A stretch of 44,359 bases of DNA from an uncultured Spirochaetaceae bacterium (GTDB lineage Bacteria > Spirochaetota > Spirochaetia > Treponematales > Treponemataceae): NCBI GenBank assembly GCA_902803735.1, contig CADCRJ010000114.1:1-44359 (forward strand), given 5' to 3'. The position numbers were made by a program, and so were the translations under genes. This document shows, one piece after another, positions 17,525 to 27,781 of this stretch. Position 1 is the stretch's first letter. Each line of letters begins with the position of its first letter. Below the pieces are notes generated by a model. It did not search any database, was not told the DNA's origin, and saw nothing but the letters and a program-made list of their open reading frames with translations.

Positions 17525-18781
17525 ATGAAACAGGTATTAATTATTGATGCACCTCCAATGTTGAAGGAGTTCTTAAAAGAGAAGCTTATCGCAGAAAAAG
17601 TGTCTGTCGAAATTGCGACAGGCTATAGAGATGCGCTCACTAAATTACTTTCTATTATACCTGACCTCATTATTTTAAATGTTGAGGAATCCGTTGATGA
17701 AATTATTGAATTCCTCCAGAAAAAGAAAAGTGACCCTAATGCCGGTAAAATCCCGATTATTATGGCGGGACCTGTTATTGAGCGGGCTGAGGTATCAAAT
17801 CTTGTTCAGTTCGGTGTAATAAAGTATTTTACCAAGCCAATAAAATTTGACATTTTGTTTGAGTCGATCGGTAAGGTTCTTCACGCTGCATTTTCTATTG
17901 ATACTACACCATGCGTCCTTGACGTTCATTTGAACAACAATATCATTTTTATCGAAATCGCTATGGGACTGAACAGGGAGAAAATCTCCTTGTTGCGTTA
18001 CAAATTGTCCGAGATAATCGATGCCAACAACCTTAAGCTGCCAAAAGTCATCTTGATGATGACTGATTTGAGCCTCAGTTTTGTTGACGGTATGAATCTG
18101 GAGCTTTTGCTGAACAATGTGACGGCGGACCCAAGAATCCTGCGCAAGAATTTTAAGATTCTTTCCCTTGATTCAATTGTGAGCGAGATGGTTGACGGAC
18201 ATACCGAATACAAAGGAATTACCGTTGCAAAAACTCTTTCCGAGATTCTCAACTCGATTATTGACAAGCCGACTGATGAGCCGATTACTGACATTATTTC
18301 AGACAATATTATAACAGCCTCGGATTCTGAGAATTTAGGCTCAATCGAGACTAGGTTCTACTCTGATACGGGAAATGCTGATTTGGCGACAGAGGTTGAG
18401 GCTGCTTCGCTTGTTCAGGTTGCCATCATTGATGATGATATAATTGTCCGCGACATCCTGCAGAAGACTTTCTCCGACAGGGGCTTGGAGACTACTTTGT
18501 TCTCTTCTGGGGCAGAGTTCCTTGCGCAGTCAGCAAAAAAGCACTTTGACCTGCTTATTCTTGATATTTTCATGCCAGGACTTTCGGGCTTTGACATTCT
18601 GCGAATGCTGAAAGAAAGAACTTTTTCGATTCCTGTGATAATTTATTCGCAGGATATGCAGAAAGATGCTATTGTACAAGCGTTGAGCCTTGGTGCTAGA
18701 AGCTATATCCTAAAACCTCAAAAGCCAGAAGTTCTTGTTCAGAAAGCACTGGAAGTCATAAATGCAAATACACGATCTTAA
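17525..18781 (+). CDS. pseudo-receiver / STAS-like / receiver protein
   Basis: N-terminal REC with LIILN at the acceptor position; central IFIEI...KVILMMTDLSLSFVDG STAS-like; C-terminal intact REC (IIDDD, LDIFMPGLSG, KP). Confidence 0.8.
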   Translation: MKQVLIIDAPPMLKEFLKEKLIAEKVSVEIATGYRDALTKLLSIIPDLIILNVEESVDEIIEFLQKKKSDPNAGKIPIIMAGPVIERAEVSNLVQFGVIKYFTKPIKFDILFESIGKVLHAAFSIDTTPCVLDVHLNNNIIFIEIAMGLNREKISLLRYKLSEIIDANNLKLPKVILMMTDLSLSFVDGMNLELLLNNVTADPRILRKNFKILSLDSIVSEMVDGHTEYKGITVAKTLSEILNSIIDKPTDEPITDIISDNIITASDSENLGSIETRFYSDTGNADLATEVEAASLVQVAIIDDDIIVRDILQKTFSDRGLETTLFSSGAEFLAQSAKKHFDLLILDIFMPGLSGFDILRMLKERTFSIPVIIYSQDMQKDAIVQALSLGARSYILKPQKPEVLVQKALEVINANTRS

Positions 18782-20756
18782 AATCGATTATGCAAGCCGC
18801 TTCTTGGCTAATACGCTGCATGAGATAAGAACTCCTATTCAGACTATAATCAGTACCGTGGAACTTATTCAGGATACGCATTTGGACAGGGAGCAGGCTG
18901 AATATATCCGCCAGATTCAGTTTAGTGCGGAAGTCCTGCTTGACTTGGCGAACAATATACTTGATTTTACTAAAATTCGCTCAAAGGAATTCAAGCTGGA
19001 GTCAATTCCTTTTGACATAACCACAATTACGGAACAAGTCGTTGATTTAATCAGTATAGAGGCATTTAACAAGGGTATTGAGATTGTTACGGATGTCTCA
19101 CCGTCCGTTCCTCAGATGGTTTCTGGCGACCCAGTTCGTGTCCAGCAGGTCATGCTAAATCTCATAAAAAATGCAGTAAAATTTACGAACCACGGATATA
19201 TTCATGTGGAGCTTTCTTATAACAAAGGAAACATTTTTTTTCAGGTTACGGATTCTGGAATAGGAATTTCAGAGGAAAACAAAAAGCAACTTTTTACCGA
19301 ATATTTTCAGGGCGATATTTCAACTTACCGCAAATTCGGTGGAAGCGGTCTTGGACTTTCTATTTGCAAGCAGCTTATTTCCATAATGAACGGAAAAATC
19401 GGAGTAAAGTCGAACCCTTTTGGAGGCTCTATTTTCTGGTTTTCCGTGCCTTTAGCGAGTGCAATAGCCAATACAAACGAAATTACAATTCCTGAAATCC
19501 CAAAAAATACAAGGGTGCTTATTGTTGACGACAACGACCTTGCTTCTAGAACCTTGATGAAAAAGTTGCAGTCGCTTGGCTTTAAGGACATCGAGGTTAC
19601 TGCTGACGGTTATGCCGCAATGAACCAGCTGGTCTTTGCGGAGCGAATCAGAAGTCCGTTCACTCATGCGTTCATTGATATGCAGATGCCACTCATAGAC
19701 GGCTGGCACCTTGCTTCTGAAATAATGAACAATCCTGAGCTTAAAGAAAATATAAAGCTGTTCTTGCTTATACCAGAAGGGCAGATGAGAAAAGACGCGA
19801 AGATGAAAGTTCTCAACTGGTATAACGGCTATATTTACAAGCCTATAAAGATGTGCAAGCTTAAGGAGCTTGTAAGGGATTCCCTTGAGTCGTTTGATGA
19901 TATCGAGTCTCTGGAGTCTGTGGAGCCGCAGAGAGTCTCTGAGCCTGTTCCTGCCACAACAAAAGCCTCTAATGATAAGTTTGCTACAGGAATCAAAATC
20001 CTGATTGCGGAAGACCATCCTGTTAACAGAAAAATTATAGAGACATTTCTCAAAGGCTTTGGGGCAGACGTTTTTATTGCAGAGGATGGCGAGCAGGCAA
20101 TTGAGCAGATTGACTCCCACAAGGATATAGACATTATCTTTATGGATATATTCATGCCTAAAAAAAGCGGTACGGAAGCTACCGAGGAACTTCGCAAGAA
20201 GGGATACAAGGGTATTATCATCGCATGCACGGCTAACAATGATTCAAAGGATTTTAAGGAATATATCCGCATAGGAATTAATGATATCCTTGTAAAACCT
20301 TTCAAGAGGGCTTCTGTGAAGTCCATGATTGAAAAATGGCATACTGTACTGAGCATACCTAATACAAGCGTTATAACTACGCTGGAGCCTGTTCTGGAGT
20401 CTGTAATAAAGGCAATGCCGGTCTGGGACAAGCAGGAATTTTACGAGATGATTTCAAACAACATGAATTTTGGAAACAAGCTCATCTCGGATTTTATAAG
20501 CCAGACAGAGTCTTTGGCTAAAAGTCTTGAAAATGCCATAGCAAGCAAGGATTTCTTGAATATCCGTAAGACAGGTCATACTATAAAGGGAAGTGCCGCA
20601 GCCATTTTTGCAGAATCCATCTCTGATGCAGGGCGTTGTATTGAATTTGCTGCCCAAAAATCGGACTTGACGACAATACTTAAATCAAAGCGAGATTTTG
20701 AGGAGCAGTTCAAGCTTTTCAAAAAAACGATAATAGACTTTCAGAACGGAAAATAA
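18762..20756 (+). CDS. cytoplasmic hybrid histidine kinase HisKA-HATPase-REC-REC-Hpt with no input domain
   Basis: HEIRTP at residue 20, NAVKFT, DSGIGI, GGSGLGL, two receivers (FIDMQMP; FMDIFMP), Hpt GHTIKGSA. Confidence 0.93.
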   Translation: MQIHDLKIDYASRFLANTLHEIRTPIQTIISTVELIQDTHLDREQAEYIRQIQFSAEVLLDLANNILDFTKIRSKEFKLESIPFDITTITEQVVDLISIEAFNKGIEIVTDVSPSVPQMVSGDPVRVQQVMLNLIKNAVKFTNHGYIHVELSYNKGNIFFQVTDSGIGISEENKKQLFTEYFQGDISTYRKFGGSGLGLSICKQLISIMNGKIGVKSNPFGGSIFWFSVPLASAIANTNEITIPEIPKNTRVLIVDDNDLASRTLMKKLQSLGFKDIEVTADGYAAMNQLVFAERIRSPFTHAFIDMQMPLIDGWHLASEIMNNPELKENIKLFLLIPEGQMRKDAKMKVLNWYNGYIYKPIKMCKLKELVRDSLESFDDIESLESVEPQRVSEPVPATTKASNDKFATGIKILIAEDHPVNRKIIETFLKGFGADVFIAEDGEQAIEQIDSHKDIDIIFMDIFMPKKSGTEATEELRKKGYKGIIIACTANNDSKDFKEYIRIGINDILVKPFKRASVKSMIEKWHTVLSIPNTSVITTLEPVLESVIKAMPVWDKQEFYEMISNNMNFGNKLISDFISQTESLAKSLENAIASKDFLNIRKTGHTIKGSAAAIFAESISDAGRCIEFAAQKSDLTTILKSKRDFEEQFKLFKKTIIDFQNGK

Positions 20757-20758
20757 AC

Positions 20759-21607
20759 ATGAAATGGTGCGATAATCTCTCTAATCTTCATACACATACG
20801 CTTTTTTGTGATGGAAAGAATTCTCCTGAGGAGATGGTTTGTTCTGCTATTGAAAAAGGTCTTTCTGTGCTCGGTTTTTCGGGGCACAGTATGTACCCGT
20901 TCAGCTCTGACTGGCATATTGCTTCTAAAGAGCATAAAAACTATTGCGACGAGATAAAACGACTGAAAGACAAATACAAGGAAAAGCTTTGCATTGAGCT
21001 TGGTTTTGAGGCAGATTATATTCCTGGGCTGTGTGCCCCTGTTTTTTCAAATTTCAGCGAGTTTGCCCCTGAATTTTTGATTGGCTCAGTTCATTATATT
21101 TACAACGAAAAGAAGATGTTTGCCATTGACAATACTCCGCAGGAACTAATTGATGGCATTAACAATGTTTTTGGTGGAAACGTAAAAAACGCAATCTCGC
21201 ATTATTTTTCAATGCAGCGGGAAATGCTTGCTAGTGGCAGCTTTACGATAATCGGACATCCTGATTTGATTAGAAAATTCAATACGAAGATAAATCTTTT
21301 TGATGAAAATGAAAGCTGGTATAAAAAAGAGCTTGAAGCAACGGCTGATGCTATAAAGCGTTCTGGAGTGATTGCGGAGATAAATACAGGTGCTATTGCA
21401 AGAGGTCACATGAACGATGCGTACCCGTCCGACTATTTTCTGTCCCTGCTGCATGAGAGGAACGTTCCGATTACTATCAGTTCCGATGCTCATGCTGCAA
21501 ATGCCATTGACAGCGCGTTTGACTTTGCTCAGCAGAAAGCAAAAAAAGCCGGCTATAAAGAAATTGCAGTTCCTAAAGCCGGCTCGGTTATATTCTTTGA
21601 TTTATAG
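20759..21607 (+). CDS. PHP-family histidinol-phosphatase (HisJ/HisK type)
   Basis: NLHTHT..CDG, GFSGHS, EADY, IGSVHY, GHPDL, EINTG, SSDAH. Confidence 0.88.
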   Translation: MKWCDNLSNLHTHTLFCDGKNSPEEMVCSAIEKGLSVLGFSGHSMYPFSSDWHIASKEHKNYCDEIKRLKDKYKEKLCIELGFEADYIPGLCAPVFSNFSEFAPEFLIGSVHYIYNEKKMFAIDNTPQELIDGINNVFGGNVKNAISHYFSMQREMLASGSFTIIGHPDLIRKFNTKINLFDENESWYKKELEATADAIKRSGVIAEINTGAIARGHMNDAYPSDYFLSLLHERNVPITISSDAHAANAIDSAFDFAQQKAKKAGYKEIAVPKAGSVIFFDL

Positions 21608-21611
21608 TTAA

Positions 21612-21968
21612 TTAGCGGTTGCGACGCTCATCCTGACTTTTGCAGTCAACGCACATGAATGCGTAAGGAATAGACTCAAGCCTTTCCTTTGGAATTTCCT
21701 GTTTACAGATTAAGCAGATTCCATAGCGTCCCTGCTTAATTCTGTCAAGAGCGTTGTTTATCATCTGAAGTCTCTGTGAGTCCTGTGCGCCCAAAGATTC
21801 CAAGAGCTGACCATCAATAACGTCTGATGCAATATCAACTTCATCGCCAGGTGCTCCGCCTTCGACGATTTTCTTAAATTCCGAGTGCTGGTCGGACAAT
21901 GACTTCAAAATAGTTGCTTTTTCTTCTAAGAGTTTAGCCTGCATTTTTTCGATAAATTCTTTTTCCAT
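21612..21968 (-). CDS. dksA: DksA/TraR family transcription factor
   Basis: Coiled coil with DEVDIA tip, ALDRI..G.YG, C4 zinc finger CLIC...RLE.IP...CVDC. Confidence 0.9.
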   Translation of the reverse strand: MEKEFIEKMQAKLLEEKATILKSLSDQHSEFKKIVEGGAPGDEVDIASDVIDGQLLESLGAQDSQRLQMINNALDRIKQGRYGICLICKQEIPKERLESIPYAFMCVDCKSQDERRNR

Positions 21969-22086
21969 AATGTGCACGTTCTCCCGTGTTGACAATTTTA
22001 ATGATACGTACATAATAATATAAATGTAAATTTCCAAAAAGACAACTTTTTTCTTTTCTGTTTTTGGATTATTTTATGGAGGAATC

Positions 22087-22308
22087 GTGGCTAAAGAAGA
22101 GGCTATTGAAGTTGAGGGTATTGTAAAAGAAGCTTTGCCAAACACAATGTTCCGTGTTGAGTTAAAAAATGGCGGACACGTTATTATGGCACATCTTTCG
22201 GGAAAAATGCGCAAGCATTACATCAGAATCGTTCCTGGCGACAGCGTAAAAGTTGCTCTTTCACCGTATGATTTGAATCGCGGTCGCATCATTTTCCGTG
22301 AACGCTAG
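22087..22308 (+). CDS. infA: translation initiation factor IF-1
   Basis: [11 protein letters not shown]...[10 protein letters not shown]...[16 protein letters not shown]...SPYDL.RGRI; GGAGG SD. Confidence 0.99.
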   Translation: MAKEEAIEVEGIVKEALPNTMFRVELKNGGHVIMAHLSGKMRKHYIRIVPGDSVKVALSPYDLNRGRIIFRER

Positions 22309-22330
22309 TTTTATTTTTTAACGGAATTAC

Positions 22331-22361
22331 GACGGAAGTTTTACACTTCCGTCTTTTTTTT
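22331..22361 (+). terminator. intrinsic terminator after infA
   Basis: GACGGAAGT-TTTAC-ACTTCCGTC followed by a T run. Confidence 0.85.
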
Positions 22362-22367
22362 GCCGTT

Positions 22368-22964
22368 TTAAGATTTGCTTGTCGGCTGTAGCAAATGCCA
22401 GAGCGACTGCAATGATGTTGTTATTCCTACTACGAGAAGCAAAAAGCAGAAAAGCGGTCCTATTGGGAAAAGTACCAGCGATGGTAGAAAAAACAGCAAT
22501 CCGCTTAAAGCTACGATTATGCCCCTTGCAAGGCTTCCAAGCGAATCTCCCTTTGTCCTTTGCATCTTATGGAAAGAATAAAAAGCTCCGTTGTCTGAAT
22601 CAGATGAGAAGCCCTTTTTTGTAAATGAGCCGTGTGTCCATTGCCAGTAAGGGTCTTGTTTTCCAAATGGGTTGTCTTCATGCCCGTAGCCCCAGCCATA
22701 CTGCCGACCATTGTTTTGCCATGTCTGCTGTGTACGCTGGTAGCTTGTATCAGATGCTGAGCCATAAGTGTCATAATTACGGCGTTTTGTTTCATCGCTA
22801 AGAACATCGTATGCGGCAGTTACTTTTTTGAACATATCTTCTGCAGCCTTGTTGTCCGGGTTCCTGTCCGGGTGATATTTCATAGCAAGCTTTCTGTAAG
22901 CTGATTTGATTTCTTCGGGTGTGGCGTTTTTTTGAACGCCGAGTATTTCATATAAATTTTCCAC
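22368..22964 (-). CDS. J-domain protein with C-terminal TM segments
   Basis: NLYEILGV...[18 protein letters not shown]...AYDVLSD; G/Q-rich linker; hydrophobic C-terminus; no zinc finger. Confidence 0.9.
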   Translation of the reverse strand: MENLYEILGVQKNATPEEIKSAYRKLAMKYHPDRNPDNKAAEDMFKKVTAAYDVLSDETKRRNYDTYGSASDTSYQRTQQTWQNNGRQYGWGYGHEDNPFGKQDPYWQWTHGSFTKKGFSSDSDNGAFYSFHKMQRTKGDSLGSLARGIIVALSGLLFFLPSLVLFPIGPLFCFLLLVVGITTSLQSLWHLLQPTSKS

Positions 22965-23005
22965 CTTGACATCCTTTTTTTTATAGCGGAATTAAAAAGA
23001 AGACA

Positions 23006-23041
23006 GGGATGTCCGAAAAGTATTGACTTATTGGACAGCCT
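23006..23041. repeat. imperfect palindrome TGTCCGAAAAGT...ACTTATTGGACAGCCT
   Basis: Hairpin in the smr-dnaJ gap; end related to 10447-10458. Confidence 0.45.
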
Positions 23042-23174
23042 CTAACTCTAAACAACAATGATATATGGCTTATTAGCAAGCTTTAAGAATTTATGGTTTC
23101 TAAAACTTCCTTTAATAAAAAAATAATCTAATTCTCATAATGTTACAAGAAAAATGTTTCTTATTGAAAGGCTT

Positions 23175-23735
23175 TTATTTGATTATTACCCAAGTTGCAC
23201 CAGAACCACCTTGCGTGTGGTCTGGATGCCCACTTGTTCCAAGCTGCTCATGCCGTTCTATGAAGGTTTTTACAAGCGGACCTAAAACTGGGTCTGAGCC
23301 TTTGCTATGATTGCCTTTTCCGTGAACAATCAGGATTTTTTTATATCCTCGTCGTATGCAGTCCGCGACAAAAGAATCAAGCCGTCCCCAAGCTTCGTCC
23401 CGTGTGAGTCCGTGCAAGTCTATCCTTGCTTCTGGGCGCATCGTCCGGAGATATTCTCTGTGCTCCATTTTTGTGCGCTCATTGTATTCTTCTGCTTCAG
23501 AGTCCTTGTCCGTAACGCCGTAACGCCTTAGCCAAAGTTCCATTGGATTTATTTGCACTTTTGCTTGCTCTTCCATTTCCTTTTCTGGTGAGTAACCTGC
23601 TTTTTCTAGTGCACGTTCCTCCGCTGTACGGGCATTTGCTCTCTTATGAGACACTTGGTTTTGAGGAGCTTTCGCCTTCTTTTTTGCACTTCTTTCCTGC
23701 TCATCCCATTGGTTCAAAATATCGCCAAAATCCAT
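23175..23735 (-). CDS. Smr domain protein
   Basis: IDLHGLTRDEA...LIVHGKG.HS...GGSGATWV. Confidence 0.92.
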   Translation of the reverse strand: MDFGDILNQWDEQERSAKKKAKAPQNQVSHKRANARTAEERALEKAGYSPEKEMEEQAKVQINPMELWLRRYGVTDKDSEAEEYNERTKMEHREYLRTMRPEARIDLHGLTRDEAWGRLDSFVADCIRRGYKKILIVHGKGNHSKGSDPVLGPLVKTFIERHEQLGTSGHPDHTQGGSGATWVIIK

Positions 23736-23762
23736 AAAATCCCTCTCTATTCAAAAATTTGT

Positions 23763-25154
23763 CTATCGTATTAAATATACTGATCTTGCCTTTATCCAAC
23801 CGTTCAATTCTTGTGATTCAATATACACCCAATCAGCTGCTCTTTCTACTATTTTGACCCTTTGTCCTGAAACAATGGCTGCGGAAGAGACTGCGCTTTC
23901 TTCAGGAACTGGGTAAAGTTTTCCTTCTGCAACGATTCCGTATGTGGAAAACAGCTCTGGGGCTTGCATGAGCGTGTTGACAGCCGCCGTAAAAAAAAGG
24001 CAGATGAATGCGACCATGAGCCTATAATGGTGCAGGGATGCAAAAACAAAGCAAGTAATGAGCAAAACTCCTGTGATGCAGGAACAGAGTATAAAAAGTG
24101 GAATGCTCTGCTCTCTGACTGGGCAGGAGATTCCTACGGCTTGCTCGGCGTCTTTTCTTTGCTTGCGTACCTTTCTGTTCCACGGAAAGGAATTTCTCTC
24201 TGCCGAGTGACGCTTTGCGAGAGCCTCGCAGTAAAAGGCTGAGATTGGTGTTTTTTGTGGTGGCACAATTAGTATTTCTGGCTCTGGGGCTGGTTTGAAC
24301 GCATCCTCGAATACGAATGAATTTTCGACTTTTTCTTCAATTTCTTTTGGTGTTGCCTGCAGTACGTCAATAGTATAATTGGGCAGGCTGACTTGGTGCC
24401 GCTCGCCGTTATATGCGATTGCATCAATGATAACCAATGGAACTGAAAATGTTCCTGATACCAGAGGTTTCCATTCGAACGTGGCTACAGGGAATTTTTC
24501 TGTTGTGAAATCCGGGTTACGGCTCTTGCCTGTTGTAATTTCAAACTGCTCAATTTCTTTACAGATTGAGTCTTTGGGCAAAATCCATTTGTATCCTATC
24601 ATTTGCACGCAATACTGGATATAAACCGTAAAATGTAGCACATCGCCAATTTTTACAGAAAATTCTGGCTTGTTGTATTCTGGATTTTCAAATTCTACGC
24701 TCAAAACAGGGGAGAGTAGTGAGGGGTTCTCATGTACTGTGACTGTCTTGAACGGAATCCCGTAAACTCTTTTGCCTATTCTGAGCATTAGAGGCGCTAT
24801 TGTTTTTTCTCCTGGTTCCGTGAATATAAACCAGAAATGCAGCTCAGTGCCCAAAGTTCCGTTCTCGTCTACGTACTCATCTTTTTTTGATGAAATGAAC
24901 CGCCCGCCGCTTGGATATTCCATGAGGTCTGAGAGTACGGAACTTGGCTCAATTCCTGGAAGTTGAAGTATATATTCACATTCTTGCTGCGTAAAGAAAG
25001 AATCTGCTGTTGGCTGCACAACAAGATTCTTGAAATTCTGCGGGAAAAAAAAACTTGGCAAGAAGAGAAAATTTATTATGCTCAAAAAAATTGCTTTGAA
25101 AGGCTTTTTTAATGTTTGCCTGCAAAAGCTAGTAATCAAGTGTGTCATTTTCAT
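23763..25154 (-). CDS. BatD/BatE-like protein with C-terminal SH3-like domain
   Basis: Signal-like N-terminus, beta-rich body, 2 TM, then LYPVPEE...GQRVKIVE..ADWVYIE...GWI. Start uncertain (25148-25193). Confidence 0.65.
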   Translation of the reverse strand: MKMTHLITSFCRQTLKKPFKAIFLSIINFLFLPSFFFPQNFKNLVVQPTADSFFTQQECEYILQLPGIEPSSVLSDLMEYPSGGRFISSKKDEYVDENGTLGTELHFWFIFTEPGEKTIAPLMLRIGKRVYGIPFKTVTVHENPSLLSPVLSVEFENPEYNKPEFSVKIGDVLHFTVYIQYCVQMIGYKWILPKDSICKEIEQFEITTGKSRNPDFTTEKFPVATFEWKPLVSGTFSVPLVIIDAIAYNGERHQVSLPNYTIDVLQATPKEIEEKVENSFVFEDAFKPAPEPEILIVPPQKTPISAFYCEALAKRHSAERNSFPWNRKVRKQRKDAEQAVGISCPVREQSIPLFILCSCITGVLLITCFVFASLHHYRLMVAFICLFFTAAVNTLMQAPELFSTYGIVAEGKLYPVPEESAVSSAAIVSGQRVKIVERAADWVYIESQELNGWIKARSVYLIR

Positions 25155-26763
25155 GTTCGTCAGATTCCATTTTTTTCCATATATTTTTGTCATTTTCCCT
25201 TATCATATTGAAAATTTCTTTTTCCAAGGGATTTTCATCTTTTGACTCTGCCGCACCTTGCAGCTCTCGTTCTCTGTTTGGGGCAACTTCTATGGCAAGC
25301 TGCCTGTTACAAAACTCAACGTTGACTTTTGCATTTTGATTCTTTGGATTTTTCAAAACCGCTTTTTTGAAGCAAACGAGTGCGCTTTCAAAATCGTTCT
25401 GTAATTCATAGATTATGCCCATATTATAGAACGACGCGCTCAAAAGTGAATCAGATGCATCTGAAGGGATTGCTTCAAGCTTTTTTAGAGCTTCGTCGTA
25501 CTGCTCCAATGAAATGTAGGTAGTGGCGAGCCCAAAAAGAGCGTAATATTGGGCATCCGTGTTGTTTTCGGAACGGCTGCTCACGGTCAAAAACTGCGAG
25601 GTCGCACTTTTTAAATTGTGATTGTAATATGCCCATACACCGTCCATTACGTCCTTCCGCTCTGAGTGGCAGGACGCGAAAAGGGTGCAGACAGCAAGAG
25701 ATACTAAGAGCGTATTTCCTTTATCAAAAAGGTGTTTTATGTTCTCTAAGTTCAATTCACCAAAAATAAAAGACAAAGCGAGGAAAATCAAGGCAAAGAA
25801 GATAAAAAGTTTATGTCTTTTTATTGGTTGTATTTCATAAGAGAATGAATCAGTTTCTCTTGAAAAATTTATCTGCTCAAAAAGCTTTTGAGCAGAACCT
25901 GTTTCTGCAGCCGTAATAAAAGAAGCTTCTGCAATGTATTTTCTTGCGTTAAGACCATGCTTGAACACAGAGCTTTTTTCATTCGCGTCTGATACGTAGT
26001 TTTTCATACGATTTGCCATTAAAAATGTTGTGACGGAAGTTTTTCCGTCGCCAGTGGTGATGTTCACGCCATCTTCTGAGCCAAATCCGATGATTGTAAC
26101 AGGAATCCCGTATTCAAGGCAGGAATTCATTGCGGGAAGCAACTTGTCATCTGTTTCATCGCCATCGGTAAAGACCCAGATAAAGTCTGACTGGGCAGAG
26201 AGTTTTGGAAACGATGTCAGGGCTGCGTCGATTCCCCGACCGAGAGAGGTTCCTGCTGAGCTCATAAGTTCTGGCGAGAGGCTGTCTATTAATGTTCTTA
26301 CTGCTGTAAAGTCTTCTGTGAGCGGAATTGCTACAAAGCCGTCTCCTTTTGCCAAAACAACAGAAACTGACGTTCCGTACATATTGTCAAGGAGTGCTTG
26401 AGAATACTGTTTTACGGCATCCAGTCTGCTTATCCCGCCTTTTTCGTCTTCCGCCGTCATTGAGTAGGAAATATCGAACAAAAGGCAGACCGCGCATCCG
26501 CTTTTCTGCACAGGCACGTTCCTGCTGCCCCATGATATACCAGCGGCGGCAAGCAGTACGCATACCCATGAAAGGACTCTAAGAAAAGTACGCATAAAAA
26601 TCGCATGGTTCAAGTGTGCTATTGTTGTAGCTGTGTAAGACGAGCCTAGTAAGCCGCCGAGTGATTTTTTCATTTTCCTGAATTTTAGCCAAACCAAAAG
26701 ACACAGGGGGATAATCCAAAGAATTCCCCAGAAAATATACGGTCTCTCGATTGAAAACATCAT
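25129..26763 (-). CDS. BatB/BatC-like VWA plus TPR membrane protein
   Basis: MIDAS DISYS, PLTED, GTSLG, FTDGD; C-terminal TPR (FYNMG...A...FKKAV..NP.N.NAKVN); ATGA overlap with batA. Confidence 0.85.
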   Translation of the reverse strand: MMFSIERPYIFWGILWIIPLCLLVWLKFRKMKKSLGGLLGSSYTATTIAHLNHAIFMRTFLRVLSWVCVLLAAAGISWGSRNVPVQKSGCAVCLLFDISYSMTAEDEKGGISRLDAVKQYSQALLDNMYGTSVSVVLAKGDGFVAIPLTEDFTAVRTLIDSLSPELMSSAGTSLGRGIDAALTSFPKLSAQSDFIWVFTDGDETDDKLLPAMNSCLEYGIPVTIIGFGSEDGVNITTGDGKTSVTTFLMANRMKNYVSDANEKSSVFKHGLNARKYIAEASFITAAETGSAQKLFEQINFSRETDSFSYEIQPIKRHKLFIFFALIFLALSFIFGELNLENIKHLFDKGNTLLVSLAVCTLFASCHSERKDVMDGVWAYYNHNLKSATSQFLTVSSRSENNTDAQYYALFGLATTYISLEQYDEALKKLEAIPSDASDSLLSASFYNMGIIYELQNDFESALVCFKKAVLKNPKNQNAKVNVEFCNRQLAIEVAPNRERELQGAAESKDENPLEKEIFNMIRENDKNIWKKMESDEHENDTLDY

Positions 26764-27773
26764 ATCACCTCCGAAAGTAAGAGCCGACGGATAATCCATG
26801 CTGCAAGGAAAAGAATTCCTGCCGCGAGAAGAAATTTGTCATAGCAGTAGTAATCGATGGTCTTTGTTCTGAATGCTTGTACAGAGCCTTCTCGTTTGCT
26901 TACGGATGCTAACGCTTCAGAAAGCTGGGCTGTTGAGTCAATTCCGAAATATCGTCCCCCTGCTAGTTCTGCAAGATTTATGAGCGGCTCTGGGTCAAAG
27001 TCGGACTCGTAACTGCCGCTTTTGACTTTGCCTGTTTCTGGGTCAACATATTCTATGTGAAAGGAACCTTTTGTTCCGATTCCGAACGTGTACAGGTTTA
27101 CGCCGTTTTCAGCAGCGATTTTTGCCGCTGTCTCTGGATGCACGGTTCCTGCATTGTTCTCTCCGTCTGTAATAAGGACAATGCACTTTTTGGGAGCGGA
27201 GGAAGAGACAAGGTGGCATACAGCCGTACTGAGACCAATGCCAATTGCTGTTCCGTCGCCTAGCGTGCCGATTTGGACAGATTCAAGCGATTTGTTGAAA
27301 AATTCCCTGTCATCTGTAGGAGGTACAACAACCGCCGCTTCGCTTGCCATTACAACTAGACCAAACGATATTCCGTCCGCATTCTCGACAAGCGTGTTGA
27401 TGCCGATTTTTGCGGCTTCGAGCCTGTTCATGCGGTTGTTCACAAAAGTGATGTCCTGGGCTGCCATTGAGGGGCTTGTGTCAAGGACGAACAGAATGTC
27501 GGTTCCTTTTGAAATGTAGATTTTTTCGTGATGATGAATCACAGGGTCTGCGAAGGCACAGACAATTGCAAGAAAAACCAGAATCGCAAGAAAATCTGAG
27601 ATAAAAGCTGCTGTGCGGAGAACTCTTCCTTTCCAGACGAAGGTTTTGCCGTTCCAATCAGACAGGGTGAGCGGAAATGATATTCTTGAAAAAATCCCAG
27701 TTTTACGGAGAATGTACAGAGCTGGAATAAGCAATACTAAAACAAAAGCTACGGGGTTCTGAAAAACTATCAT
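26760..27773 (-). CDS. BatA-like VWA domain protein
   Basis: F.NP N-terminus, DILFVLDTSPSM, PPTDD, DGTAIG.GL..A, LITDGENNAG, YTFGIG, GGRYF. Confidence 0.9.
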   Translation of the reverse strand: MIVFQNPVAFVLVLLIPALYILRKTGIFSRISFPLTLSDWNGKTFVWKGRVLRTAAFISDFLAILVFLAIVCAFADPVIHHHEKIYISKGTDILFVLDTSPSMAAQDITFVNNRMNRLEAAKIGINTLVENADGISFGLVVMASEAAVVVPPTDDREFFNKSLESVQIGTLGDGTAIGIGLSTAVCHLVSSSAPKKCIVLITDGENNAGTVHPETAAKIAAENGVNLYTFGIGTKGSFHIEYVDPETGKVKSGSYESDFDPEPLINLAELAGGRYFGIDSTAQLSEALASVSKREGSVQAFRTKTIDYYCYDKFLLAAGILFLAAWIIRRLLLSEVI

Positions 27774-27781
27774 AAACGCCT

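Noticed and set aside
18762-18781. Programmed frameshift fusing the receiver protein to the kinase
   Set aside because: No clear slippery heptamer or downstream structure; a 20-nt overlap with its own ATG is ordinary coupling.
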